Shown here piece after piece: positions 39,111 to 50,530 of a DNA stretch of 64,000 nt. Numbering within the stretch: the first letter of the stretch is position 1; each line of letters starts with the position of its first letter. Under the pieces are notes generated by a model that was given only the letters and a program-made list of their open reading frames with translations, was not told the origin of the DNA and made no database searches. This DNA comes from Azolla caroliniana. Its lineage: Eukaryota > Plantae > Polypodiophyta. Both the position numbers and the translations under genes were made by a program. The stretch lies in NCBI GenBank assembly GCA_043228905.1, contig JBHGNT010000011.1:9548001-9612000 (forward strand), in the 5' to 3' direction.

Positions 39111-41578
39111 TAGTCAGTTCGACTAGTCGGCCTCAATTTTGACCTCTTGGTCGACCCGACTGGTTGACTCTCAAAGTCCTTCGATTCAGTTCACCTTCAG
39201 TTCAGTCAACTCCCAAGTCGACTCATTAGTCGATCCGGCCAGTCGACCGACTAGAATTCGGTCGCTGACTTCCCCCAATAGGAGGGACAAAATACTTAAC
39301 AAACTCCCCCTTCACTCATGTAGGAAGAGCGGTCCAAACTTGTCCTTTGTCGACAAACAGTGAATCTTTCCATGGATAGGTTCTTCGTGAGCATATCGGA
39401 TCCATTTTCGTCAGTGTGGATCTTCACAAGGGCAAACTCATTCTCATCCACTTTCTCTCGTAACCAATGGTAGCTCCTCTATATGTGCTTGGTACGAGAG
39501 TGGTAGGCAACATTCTTGGCTAGATGTATGGCACTCTAATTATCGCAATGAAGTAAGAATCTTTCTTGCTTCATTCCTAGTTCATTGAGAAAATTCTTCA
39601 TTCATATTAGTTCCTTTCCGGCCTCTACCACAACCATATTTTCTGCCTTTGTGGTTGATAGGACCATAGCCTTTTGCAATCTTGATTGCCATGACACTAC
39701 TCCCCTTGAGTAGGTCATCACATAACCTGATGTGAATTGACTGGAGTCTACATCCTCCAACATGTCAGAATCTACAAAAACCTTTGAACATAGGTTTTCA
39801 AGAGCCACACCCTTGAGGTTCCTTTTAAATACCTAAGTATCCATTTTACAGCTACCTAGTGCTCCCTACCAGGATTACTCATGTACCAACTCACTATTCC
39901 AATGACAAACGCAATGTCCAGCATCGTACAAACCATAACATACATAAGGCTTCCGATAACTGAGGCATATGGTACTCTTCTCATCTCAGCCTTATCCTTC
40001 TGGCTTTTTGAACATTGCCTAGCATTTAGCTTGCAAATTGCCAACAATGCAAGCCCTATTGGTTTTGCTTCAGACATGTTAAATCTTTCCAAAACTTTTG
40101 TCACATACTTCTCTTGTGACAACCATAGCACATTCTTAGTTCTGTCTCAGACTATGTGCATCCCCAAGATTTGTTTAGTCGGTCCAAGATCCTTCATGGC
40201 AAACAATCTACCTACAACTTTCTTTAAGCTCGCAATCCTTTTAATATCTTGTATGACCACTAACATGTCATCTACATAGAGCAAGAGAATCAAGAAGTCA
40301 CATTCACTATACTTTTTGACAAAAACATAGTGCTCAACTCGTGCTTTATGGAATCCATGTTCCAACATGAAAGATTCAAACTTCTTATACCATTGATGCA
40401 AAGCTTGCTTTAGACCATACAAGCTTTTCCTTAGTCGACATACCAAATTCTCTTTTCCTTTCTCCACAAAACCTTCAGGTTGTTGCATATAGATTTCTTC
40501 ATCTAGCTCCCCATGCAAGAATGGTGTTTTACATCCAATTGCTCTATTTCCAGATTCATACTGGCTACTATACTCAGTACAATTCATATTGATGTCATTT
40601 TTACGATTGGTGCAAATATCTCATCAAAATCGACCCCCTTCTTCTGTGGAAATCCCTTTACCACAATTTCATCCTTATATTTAGGTGAGCTGCCATCTTC
40701 CCCATTTTTCAACTTGAAGACCCACTTGTTGGTCAGGGCTCTCTTACCTTTTGGTAGCTCTACCAGGTTGTAAGTATAATTTTCATGCAAGGAGTCCATC
40801 TCACCTTGCATTGCACTATGCCACTTCTCATTGTGCTTATCTGTTATAGCTTCTTCGTAGCATTGCGGTTCATCCTCATCAGTGAATAGACATATTGGCT
40901 AGAGTATTGAGAGGGTGTTTTCCTTTGTTTGAGTGGATATCTTCTACCTCCCATGGTCGACTCAGGTTCGGATGTGTCTGCCGACTCTTCATTCAGCTCA
41001 AGTTCATAAATCCTAATCGGTTGTTGAAGGTCAACCAACTCCGACTCATATGCTTTAGTCAATTTCTGTGGGTCGGCCGACTCCGACTCATATATATTAG
41101 TCGGTTGCTCCGAGTCGACCAATTCAAGTTCTAGTGTATCGACATGTTGTCTCCTATTAGCTGACTATCTATTGGCTGGAGTATCGAGAGGGTGCTTTCC
41201 TTTGTCTGAGTGGATATCTTCTACCTCCCATGGTCGACTCAGGTTTTGATGTGTCTGCTGACTCTTCATTCGGCTCGGGTTCATACATCCTGATCGGTTG
41301 CCGAAGGTCGACCAACTCCGACTCATATGATTTAGTCGATTTTTGTGGGTCGGCCGACTCCGACTCATATATATCAGTCAGTTGCTCCAAGTCTACCAAT
41401 TCAGATTCTAATGTATCGACTAGTTGTCTCCTATCAACCGACTATCTAGAATCGGCTAATGCTGAGTCCATAGCAGTGGGAGTTGACTGGGAAGATGACC
41501 TTGATTTCTATTGTTTCCAGTCTTCCATAAATACAATGTTTGGACTCCTCACCACTTTCTTGTCAAGTAAGTGCCAAG

Positions 41579-42232
41579 TATAAATGAAAATAAATAAATA
41601 AAAAGTAAATGTCAGTAGCTTAGTGGTTAGGGCCATTATGTGTGTCTAGAGGGGTGTAAAGTTTGAGTCTTTGCCAGTGCATATTATGGAGTATTTTATG
41701 CCCCCTTTTCTTTTCTTTTAAGCTAATGGAATAATAAAATCATTGAATTCTAAAATAGGCACCTCTTTTTCCTCTATAAGAAGGGAAGAAGAGGGCTTAT
41801 TTCGGGGTTGCACATTTTGCCTTAGAGGGTGTACCATTAGGCTTTCATCTCTTTGTTTCTTTTTCTTCTTCTTCATCTTGGGTTAGGGTTTGAGAGCTTC
41901 TTCTTTCTACTTTTTTTCTTTTCTCCTCAACATACTAGAGGACTCGAGGTTTAGGGTTTCTATATTCCTTATAAGCTTTTAGGGTTCTTCTATCGTGTGA
42001 ATCTTAGGGATGTGAGTTTTGCATCGATTCCTCTTTTACACGAGATATTTTTGAGTTAGGGTTAGGATTAGGGTTTCTTCTACAACAGTTTCTTCGGCAT
42101 CTCGATGTGGTTAACTCAATCTCTTGGTCATCTTCTCCACAATGGAGAGTGTTACGTGGGACATCGATTTCCAGATAGGGTGGGCTAACTCGGTGGACGG
42201 TTTCGGAAGAGAGGTTGTAGTGGCATGAGAGC
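41579..42232 (+). repeat. LTR-like segment with tRNA-like module, TATA and degenerate PBS-like TGGCATGAGAGC
   Basis: CTATAAGAAG at ~41774, pyrimidine-rich R/U5-like tract, PBS-like motif at ~42221; termini unclear. Confidence 0.45.
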
Positions 42233-42699
42233 TACTCTGAATTGAGGCAACATAGCCGTCAAAGGTAGTTCGACTCAGAGCCCACTAGACTCGCAGTCAC
42301 TAGATTATTTTTAGCCCCTTTTTAATAATCGTGAAACTGATTCTATGTTAAAAACCACCGAAATCATGGTATTAAACCTAACGGTTGTTTAAACCCTATT
42401 TTTATATCATAACTTATGTATACTTTCCCATGATTTTTTCTTAATCTCATGTTTAATCCCTTAACCAGAATCAAATGTCCAACTTCCTCCTTTTAACTCC
42501 TTGGTCCAAGGCTCGTGTGGTCTCACTCGAGCGACACTGAAGTCGCAGTCCAAGGACGAATCACTCGAAGTTTTCAGTTGGTGGCTGACCGAAGTCAAAA
42601 CCAATCCAACCTTTGTCAAAAGAAATTAAGCTTCAAGTGCCATAGACACTATTTACGGGAACACTCGAATCAACCTATGATTGGCTTCGTATATTCGGG

Positions 42700-44220
42700 T
42701 GTGAAGCTTATGCGTACATACCAAGGGAGAATCAAACGAAGCTAGCCCCCCATTCGAGAAAATGCATCTTTCTCGGATATGGGACAGACGGGAACTTTAG
42801 CTATCGGCTATGTGACCCAGAGAACATGAAGATGACCTGAATCAACGACGTAGGCTTCAATGAAGACTCAATCAGGTTGTTCTGAACAAAGCCCTGAACC
42901 AGCAAGAGAGTTAGTTTTGACTATTCTCCAACCAAGTTTGAGGATGCAATGCCGAATGCCTGAACCCGAAATGGCTAGTGTGTTGACCAACAAATCTGAA
43001 AGAATACTCGTAGAGAAAACTTCGAGTAACTTGCTGATTAACTGGTCCGAACAAGCGTTGGCACAATCTAACTGGTCAAGCCCTTCCATAGTGACATGGA
43101 TGCAAGATAATTTACATAGCAAATCCCCATCAAGATCTCCATCAAACAAGGGTTAAAACAATGCCAACTAGCCACCCGCAACTGTCGAAGAATCAAAACC
43201 AAACAATTCGACACGTAGGAAATCAAGATGAATTCGAAGGCCGACATGGTTTTATCAACTGGGCTTGGACCACGTCAACTACATGAACGTAGGCGAACCT
43301 TGCTCTTACGAAGAAGCAATTGTTGCGTCGAATGCCAAAACATGGCAACAAGCCATGATATCCGAAATGGACTCTATCCAATAGAACGACACATGGAAGT
43401 TGGTCGAATTACCAGCTAGTAGGAAACCTCTACCTTGTAAATGGGTATACAAACACAAATATGTATCTAGTTCAGCTCAACTTGCCGCGAAGGGATTCAA
43501 ACGAGAAAACGACGTTGACTACGATGAGATTCTCTCTCCCGTAGTCAAGATGACGCCCCTTCAGCTCCCCTTAGGAGTCCTTGTGATTGAAGATCTTAAG
43601 CTTGAACAAATGGGCGTAAAGACAATTTTCTTACATGCAGATCTGGAAGAAGACATCTATATATCTCAACCGGCAGGCTTCACGGCGGTAGCAGAGGAAG
43701 GTCACCTCGTATGCCGACTGAAGAAAAGCTTTTATGGCTTGAAATAGGCGTGGAGAACGTGGTACGAGAAAAACCATTCTCACATCCGACATCTTGGGCA
43801 TAGTTGATCCGACTCTGACCCATGTATGTATGTTCAAGAATTATCCATTTTCACTTTACTAGAAATTCGCGATGAAGGAACTCGAAGAGGCCCGATACAT
43901 CTTGGACATGAGGATAAAGCAAGATAGTCTTACATCTCTCCCAATCTGACTACATCCAAAAGGTGTTGAGGCGATTCAACATGGATAAGTTGAAGCCCGC
44001 ACCGACACCGCTCCCAACGTCGATTCAAAATCGGACAGAGAGACTCCCTCCACAAAGGTATAGAAAGAGAAAATGAGAGAAATCCCCTATGCATCGGTTG
44101 TAGGAAGTCTCATGTATGCAATGGTAGCCACCCGTCTCGACCTTTCATATGCTATAGGAGTGTACCATATGCTACGTATCGGTCGTAGGAAGGCTCATGT
44201 ATGAAATGTATAGAATTTCA
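42700..44220 (+). pseudogene. decayed Copia pol (INT tail/RT)
   Basis: LVELPASRKPLPCKWVYK, SPVVKM, LKKSFYGLK, IPYASVVGSLMYAMV. Confidence 0.8.
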
Positions 44221-47200
44221 ATTGCATATGCAATTGCAATTCGGCTCGGATCATCCAACCGAAGGCAAAGGTTTCACCGACTCTAATTCTCTCACTCTAT
44301 CTTTGTCTTGTGATTAAACAATACATTATCTGTCTTACTTGCTTAATGTTTGCTTGTTCCTATCTAGATCCTTATACATATTTTGCACTAATATACCAAG
44401 GCACCATATAATGCCATCACTATGCACCCTATACTTGGGCACACACAAATGGTTAAAATGACTACACATTAACACATACATGCAACTTCACACATTTGTG
44501 CAAATACCCAAATATCCATGTACGCTTAAATGCACATTGACACTTATTACACGTAGATCAAATATCAATACAAGTGATATCATGTGCACTTTTGCATATA
44601 AGGTATAGGCACAAATAAATCTAACATATACTCTTGGATTCAATACTCAATGCATGATAACACACACATTGTAACAAGAAGTGTACATACATTCATAATC
44701 TCTCATACACTATTATTATACAAGCACACAATAAAGAGGGAAGACATAACACCTCTACATCCATCTATATACATGTTCTTTTCGGCAATTCGAAGTGCTC
44801 CGCCTATTGGCGGACAAAAAATTACTTTCACGCCATCATACACATTCAACTTTGATCCAATTTAAAGACATGTCCTTCAATCTAATGTTACCGAGTTCAA
44901 GAACTTCTGATTTCCATGACAATGTTATTGATTGTCGTGATCCTGCTTGTCGTCTAGTAAATTATGCTTGAAGGCCATGTTTCCAGTAAATTATTGGTTG
45001 TGATCGTCTTGCCATAAAGATTAACACGCTTTCGAAAAAAACATAAAAAAGTAAAATATCTAGCATGCGAGACACAATAGATTCACCAATCGAAAATGCA
45101 TTGTATACTTTTTCTTAAAAATTTCGATACTGGACCAACCTACTAAATGCAAATTGAAGCAAAACAATTATTGTATCATTGACAAGTATCATGTCGTGAG
45201 AACAAGCAACATTGACTATGAGTAATAGAAACAAGGATGATCAAGAGCAACCATTGATGTTCTAATTTTGAGCAATGACAACTAGCATATGAGACAACAT
45301 GTTTCTTTTGAAAATTGGTGTTTTAAAATCTTGTAGCAAATAAACACCTCTTATTTCTTGTCTCTAAAAAAATTGTTTTCCCATTTTTTAACTTGCCATG
45401 GTGTTCATAACACCAACAATGTGTTACTAAGTTTCTCCCCACAACCATCGAACCTCTAGTCATCCCTCAAATGCAATAACTTTTTACTCCTAGTTTTCAC
45501 ACATAGGGTTTATACATGGATCCTACAACCTTGCACATAACCCTAAGACTTTGTACTTATGTGCAATTCCCATGTTCAACTACCATTGTCATCACAAATG
45601 GGGCGTAATCTAATAGTGCTTCTATGATAATAGGGGTTAATGTGACCAATTCATAACCAACAACTTCATAAGCATGATTTTTATTCAATATGGTATTTAT
45701 TCTACAACAATAGGGCTCATTCAATTTATCCTAAATTTGAAGTTGTTTTATATACGCTTTCTTTCCCTTATCTCTTATTTTACATACTTTAAAGATTGTT
45801 AAGGTCTTGTTTATTTATACACGCTTGAATTTTTTTAAATCTTTTTTCTCCCCACAAATGTGATAGACTTGTGTTTTGTAAGTTACTTGCAATTTGTTAG
45901 CACTCACATACATACACATGATACATGCATAAAGATTAATTTATAGGTCATTGTGTTGATCAAAATTGCTGAAGACATCAAATATGATGACTTGCCTAAT
46001 CAGCCTATGCGCAATCAACTTAAATTATTGCTTCTAAGGGATGGTCTCAATGATTCAAACTCTCTTTATCGCTACTTGCTATACAACTTTTATTTCACAA
46101 ATGGCTTAAATCATGAGGCTCGTATTGGCCAGTGATGAAGGGCACAAGTTTATAGCTATAGGTACCTACTTATATTAAGTAGTCAGTTTGAAAGGATATG
46201 TACGTAGTCTCATATTCTTGAATTTGGTTGGAGGGTGATTCTCTTATCTATGTATAAGCCACTTTGTATAGTCTTTCTGTAATAATCTCTCCTAATTTAT
46301 GGGAAAGTAGCTTCTTTTAAATAAATAAAAATTCATGATTGATACCAAGTTGTATTAGCAAATATTAAGGTGCAATTCATTATTTATCAAATGTTGTTTA
46401 GACTTTCACATATACATGTCATCTCATTTAAAAGTGTATGAGATCAATTTGTATCTTTTCACAAATAAAGCAATAGATTGCCTCTTAATTGACTTTAGAA
46501 TTTCTTCAAAGTTGAATGGATTGCTTTAAGAAAAGATTTTTTGAGGAATGTATGTTATTTAATAATATTAAAGAGTACATATGCCCTAGAAAGTTAGATT
46601 AAAACACATTTTAGTGGGAAATTTGTATATAGTCACGACAATTTCAACGCAAAGACTCCTTTTATCAATTATGATTGATACAAATTTCAGTCTCTTCTTT
46701 CTACCTCCAAATTTTGTGTTTTTGGATATTTTCTTATTGTTTGATTATTTCCCTTTTTCCTATTTTAAAAAATTATTCTACAAGTTTGTCATTTCCCCAT
46801 GTCAATCTTCTGAAGATAGATAGGAAATTTCTTTGCTTTTATATAAAGAACTTAATTTATTGATGATTGATAATGTTTACTTGGTGATGCCAAAAGCTGT
46901 ATTCGATCTATCTCTTATATGCATGATGGGAAAAATATTCCTTGCTCCAATTACTTAAATATGCTTATATATCAAAACTTTAAATTTGGAAGCACATTAG
47001 GCCATTTGTAGATTTAATAATAAGACATGTTAATGAATTGACATCATCACTATTAAATTTGCAACTTGGATTCTTGAAACATTGGGCCTTATTAAAATTT
47101 TGATATGTCAATTGCATCAACTTTCCAAAGGAATCCAATGATGATTGCCAATAATCCCTTCAAGATATATAACCAACTACAAATGCCCAAATATGTCACA

Positions 47201-47974
47201 CAAATATGCAAAAAAAAACATAATGTTTTTGCTATACACCAAATAAAGAATAAAGAGAAACATTAGTCTTAGAACGACGTGTCTTTGATTCCATAGCTAC
47301 TTTTGTAATGGAACAATGATAATGATTTAACTGCATGAGATTTTATTCATGTTTTAATTTCATTTTAATGTCATAATTGAACATGTTGACAACATAATCA
47401 CTAGGGATTGGATAACTGGACACAATAAAAAGAGATTGGATACTTCGTATGTATAGAGATTTACCTACATATTATTTATAGGAATGTTTCTTTGTATCAT
47501 GTAATATAGTGAATCACCACTTTTCAACAATTATTCGGAAATACATTTGAGCATAATGACAACAAAACACTATAGTCATCAAATATCAAGAATGTATCAT
47601 AGATATGCACTTATATCAATAAGAAAAAAAACAAGAAAAATGTCAATATCGTTCCAATCAACAAGACTTTCTATATTGTTTATGGTTGTTTTTTTATGAA
47701 TAGCGCATGTATCGAAAGATTATGAGAATCACTTTTCCCATAGTAGAAATATAACCATGAGCAACGAGCTTTTGAAACATGATCTTTAGAGCTCAAATTG
47801 CCCACAAGTATTCTCTAACTAAAGCCACTACCACGAGAGAGTGTGGTGGAGCACCTACTCCCAAAATAAAGTCTTCAAGCCAACAACTTTGACATCAATA
47901 ACAATAATGTCGAAACTCATGTATAAAATTCAATGCAACTTCAATTACGGGGTGACAAAACACTTCTTAAATAG

Positions 47975-48570
47975 TTTATGGAATGGATAGAATATTAGAA
48001 TAGATGTTTTATCGTCCATGAAGAGGCCAAATTTGACCTATGGAACCAAATCAACGTATCATCTTGTACGAGGGTAATTATTACTCTATAATAAACACTT
48101 TCCACGTGAAAATAATGTGCACACATTTGTGCTCACCCTTCTTGGTGAACATTTGAATATGGAACTTACATTATCATGCATGCCTAACAACTCATCATAT
48201 TTCTTGCAAATTACCTTCTACTCTAAGTATGTGATAAGTGATATTCATCTTCCACTAGGTTCTCATTACATACCTTGCAAATCTTCATATTCGGATAATA
48301 ATGTCATTATGGTACTACGACACCTAACTTGTGTGAGCAAGTTCGAAGAAGTGTTGAGTATCTCCTAGAGTCAAGGCTCATGGGGGTAGTGCTGTGATTG
48401 GATAAGTTTTGGCATTTTTACCTTGTATTGACCCGACAATGCGAGTTAATATTTACACCTACAATTCTGCTACAAATGCTCTACATTCTAATGGCATTTC
48501 GACCTTTATAATTCTTTCCAAACCCACTCCTTTGTACAATGTCAAAGGTTTTCTTGAAGTCGATTTTTCC
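47975..48570 (-). mobile_element. RTE-like LINE fragment (RT motif juxtaposed to C-terminal CCHC and microsatellite tail)
   Basis: Manual translation: IDFKKTFDIVQR, LRTCSHKL, RICKVCNENLVEDEYH; 3' tail TATTC/CATTC. Confidence 0.55.
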
Positions 48571-48649
48571 ATGATAACTTAATTTAACCAAATTATTGAT
48601 AGTTGAATGTTTTAGTCTAAAGATTGCAGCCTTGGCTAAGTCCTCCTTT

Positions 48650-48951
48650 GTGATGATGTTCTGCCCATGAGTGTCATGGATGAGTAAAATAGAGCAGAAT
48701 CAAGATGAGATTAAATACTAAGAGAGACAAGAGAACAAGAACTCAACTTATGCTTCCATAATTGGTGTTGTTCATCTTGATTGGAATCAAGGTGCACCCA
48801 AGTATTTATACAAGAAGGTGGAGGTATGCATGAAACCTAGGAATATTCTAGAGAATGCATAAAAGCAAGAAAACTTTTAGTGTTCAATATACAATGCATC
48901 AAGTTGAATTTTATACAAGGATGCCCGGGTGGATGTAGCTCAATTGGTAAG
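48650..48951 (-). repeat. LTR-like fragment, cut at the right by a Copia LTR
   Basis: Minus-strand TATAAATA (~48803-48810), TCTAGAATATTC motif shared with the 61403 LTR, tRNA-like A box at the right end. Confidence 0.4.
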
Positions 48952-49842
48952 TGTTGAGAATCAAACTCAACTTCCCCAATGATATGCTTTCACACTAGCA
49001 ATGGACACACTAGGCTAGTTTTGTAAATAATAGAAAGGGCAGTTCCCTAGACTAGTTGGTATTTAAACCAACCTTTTGTAACTTAGTTACTATTGGATGT
49101 AATTTTATCTTTCACTAATATAGCTTCATGTTCTAAGCTCTCTCCCTCTTTTCTTGTCTTACGTACACTCACACACAGTTCTCTTCCGCTACACAATATT
49201 ACCTGCACTTTCCATTTCTGTGCTGGTATCAAAGGATGTGGTTTTCTGATCAAGCTTATTCAAATGTGTTGTGCTACACACCGATGATCAACAGAATCAG
49301 TTCAACAACAAAGGAGAAAATGACACCATGAACACTTAGATGGGAAGCGCTCTTCCTATGAAGAAGCTCGATAGGACAAATTTTGTATCTTGGGAATACA
49401 AGATGTATCAATACCTTGTCGAATAAGTTTATTGGAGCTATATCAAAGGAGCTCACGAAAACCAACCCAACCTAGCACATGTCAACCACCCAGCATGGGA
49501 ACAAGCGACCAGTCGTGTGTTGTATTGCCTTGCATCATGTGTTCATGATCACATGCTCGGCTATATTTGAGAGGCGAAAACGCCAAAGGAAGCTTGGGCC
49601 AAGCTCAAGAAAATCTTCGTAGTCAACACAGTTGCACGAAAACTCCAACTTCAATAGGAGTTAAACAATATGCAACAGAGGGACTTATCAATCACCAACT
49701 ATACCTTGAAGATCAAGGAACTATGTGATGCCTTGGGATTGATCAATGTCGTCATCGACGATGATGAAATAGAAAATATGCCTCGACAACCTAGCACCAC
49801 GATTCGGCACTATCAGATCGGCCATTCTTGCAAGGGAGAATC
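48952..49842 (+). mobile_element. Copia 5' part (LTR, PBS TGGTATCAAAG ~49224, decayed gag)
   Basis: KLDRTNFVSWEYKM, IKELCDAL; homologous to the gag at 55561-56097. Confidence 0.75.
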
Positions 49843-49844
49843 TA

Positions 49845-50174
49845 TGAGGAATCGTTCTCAACCACAACCAAGATCCAAACACACAATGGAAGAAACAGTA
49901 TAGAAATAGAGATTAATGCACTTACACAGGAATGAGACGACACAATATTTTAACGTGGAAAACCTCGAGAGGCAAAACCACGGGAGTTTGCAGACTCCGA
50001 ACAGGATCACTATAGGGGAGAGAAGCTAGAGTGAGAGACCTTGAGCTCAATATCTTCACCCACAGGCGGTTACAACAGACACAACTTCTTGTATCTCTCT
50101 CTCTCTCTCTCTCAAAGACTCTAGATACAAGAATGATCAATCAACTCGCATTACAAAGTTAGGTTATTGCTTAT
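49845..50174 (-). repeat. Copia LTR fragment (continues 56703-56732), host of element 50175-56702
   Basis: TTAACGTGGAAAACC...AAAACCACG motif as in the 12302 LTR. Confidence 0.6.
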
Positions 50175-50530
50175 TGTTAAGAATTAGGTAATTAAGCAAG
50201 GATTAATTATTACCTAATTATGTAATTAACTTAAGCAGAAGATTAAATTATATGTGTGTGTGTGTATGTGAGAGGAAGAGAGAGAGGAAGTTAACACTTA
50301 TGAACAATGAGACAAGATGGGGGATGATTAACTATATTAAAACGCATCGTCAAATACAAAAATACCCACAATGAGGTATATATACATCTCATGTGCAAAG
50401 GTGCGCATGTGTGAGTAGAATATAGGTACAAACGTGTAAGTCCTATATTAAATGAACATGGAGTGGAGGATCTACAATGTATCCCACTCAAGTACAAAAT
50501 CCTATTTAAGGCTTTAAGGTCAACATACCA

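Larger units (their letters stand above)
31475..41578 (-). mobile_element. Copia element 3' part (INT tail, RT, RNase H, 3' LTR 31475-39301 split by chromovirus)
   Basis: NKWVFKLK, SLYGLKQ, LLYVDDML, VPYASVIGSLMY, VSWQSRLQ, PPT GGGGGAG at ~39304-39310; (TA)n at ~31798-31839. Confidence 0.88.

Noticed and set aside
44280-47970. Possible host gene or exons in the AT-rich interval
   Set aside because: Only short low-complexity ORFs, with no motif or splice structure I can support; probably old decayed repeats.
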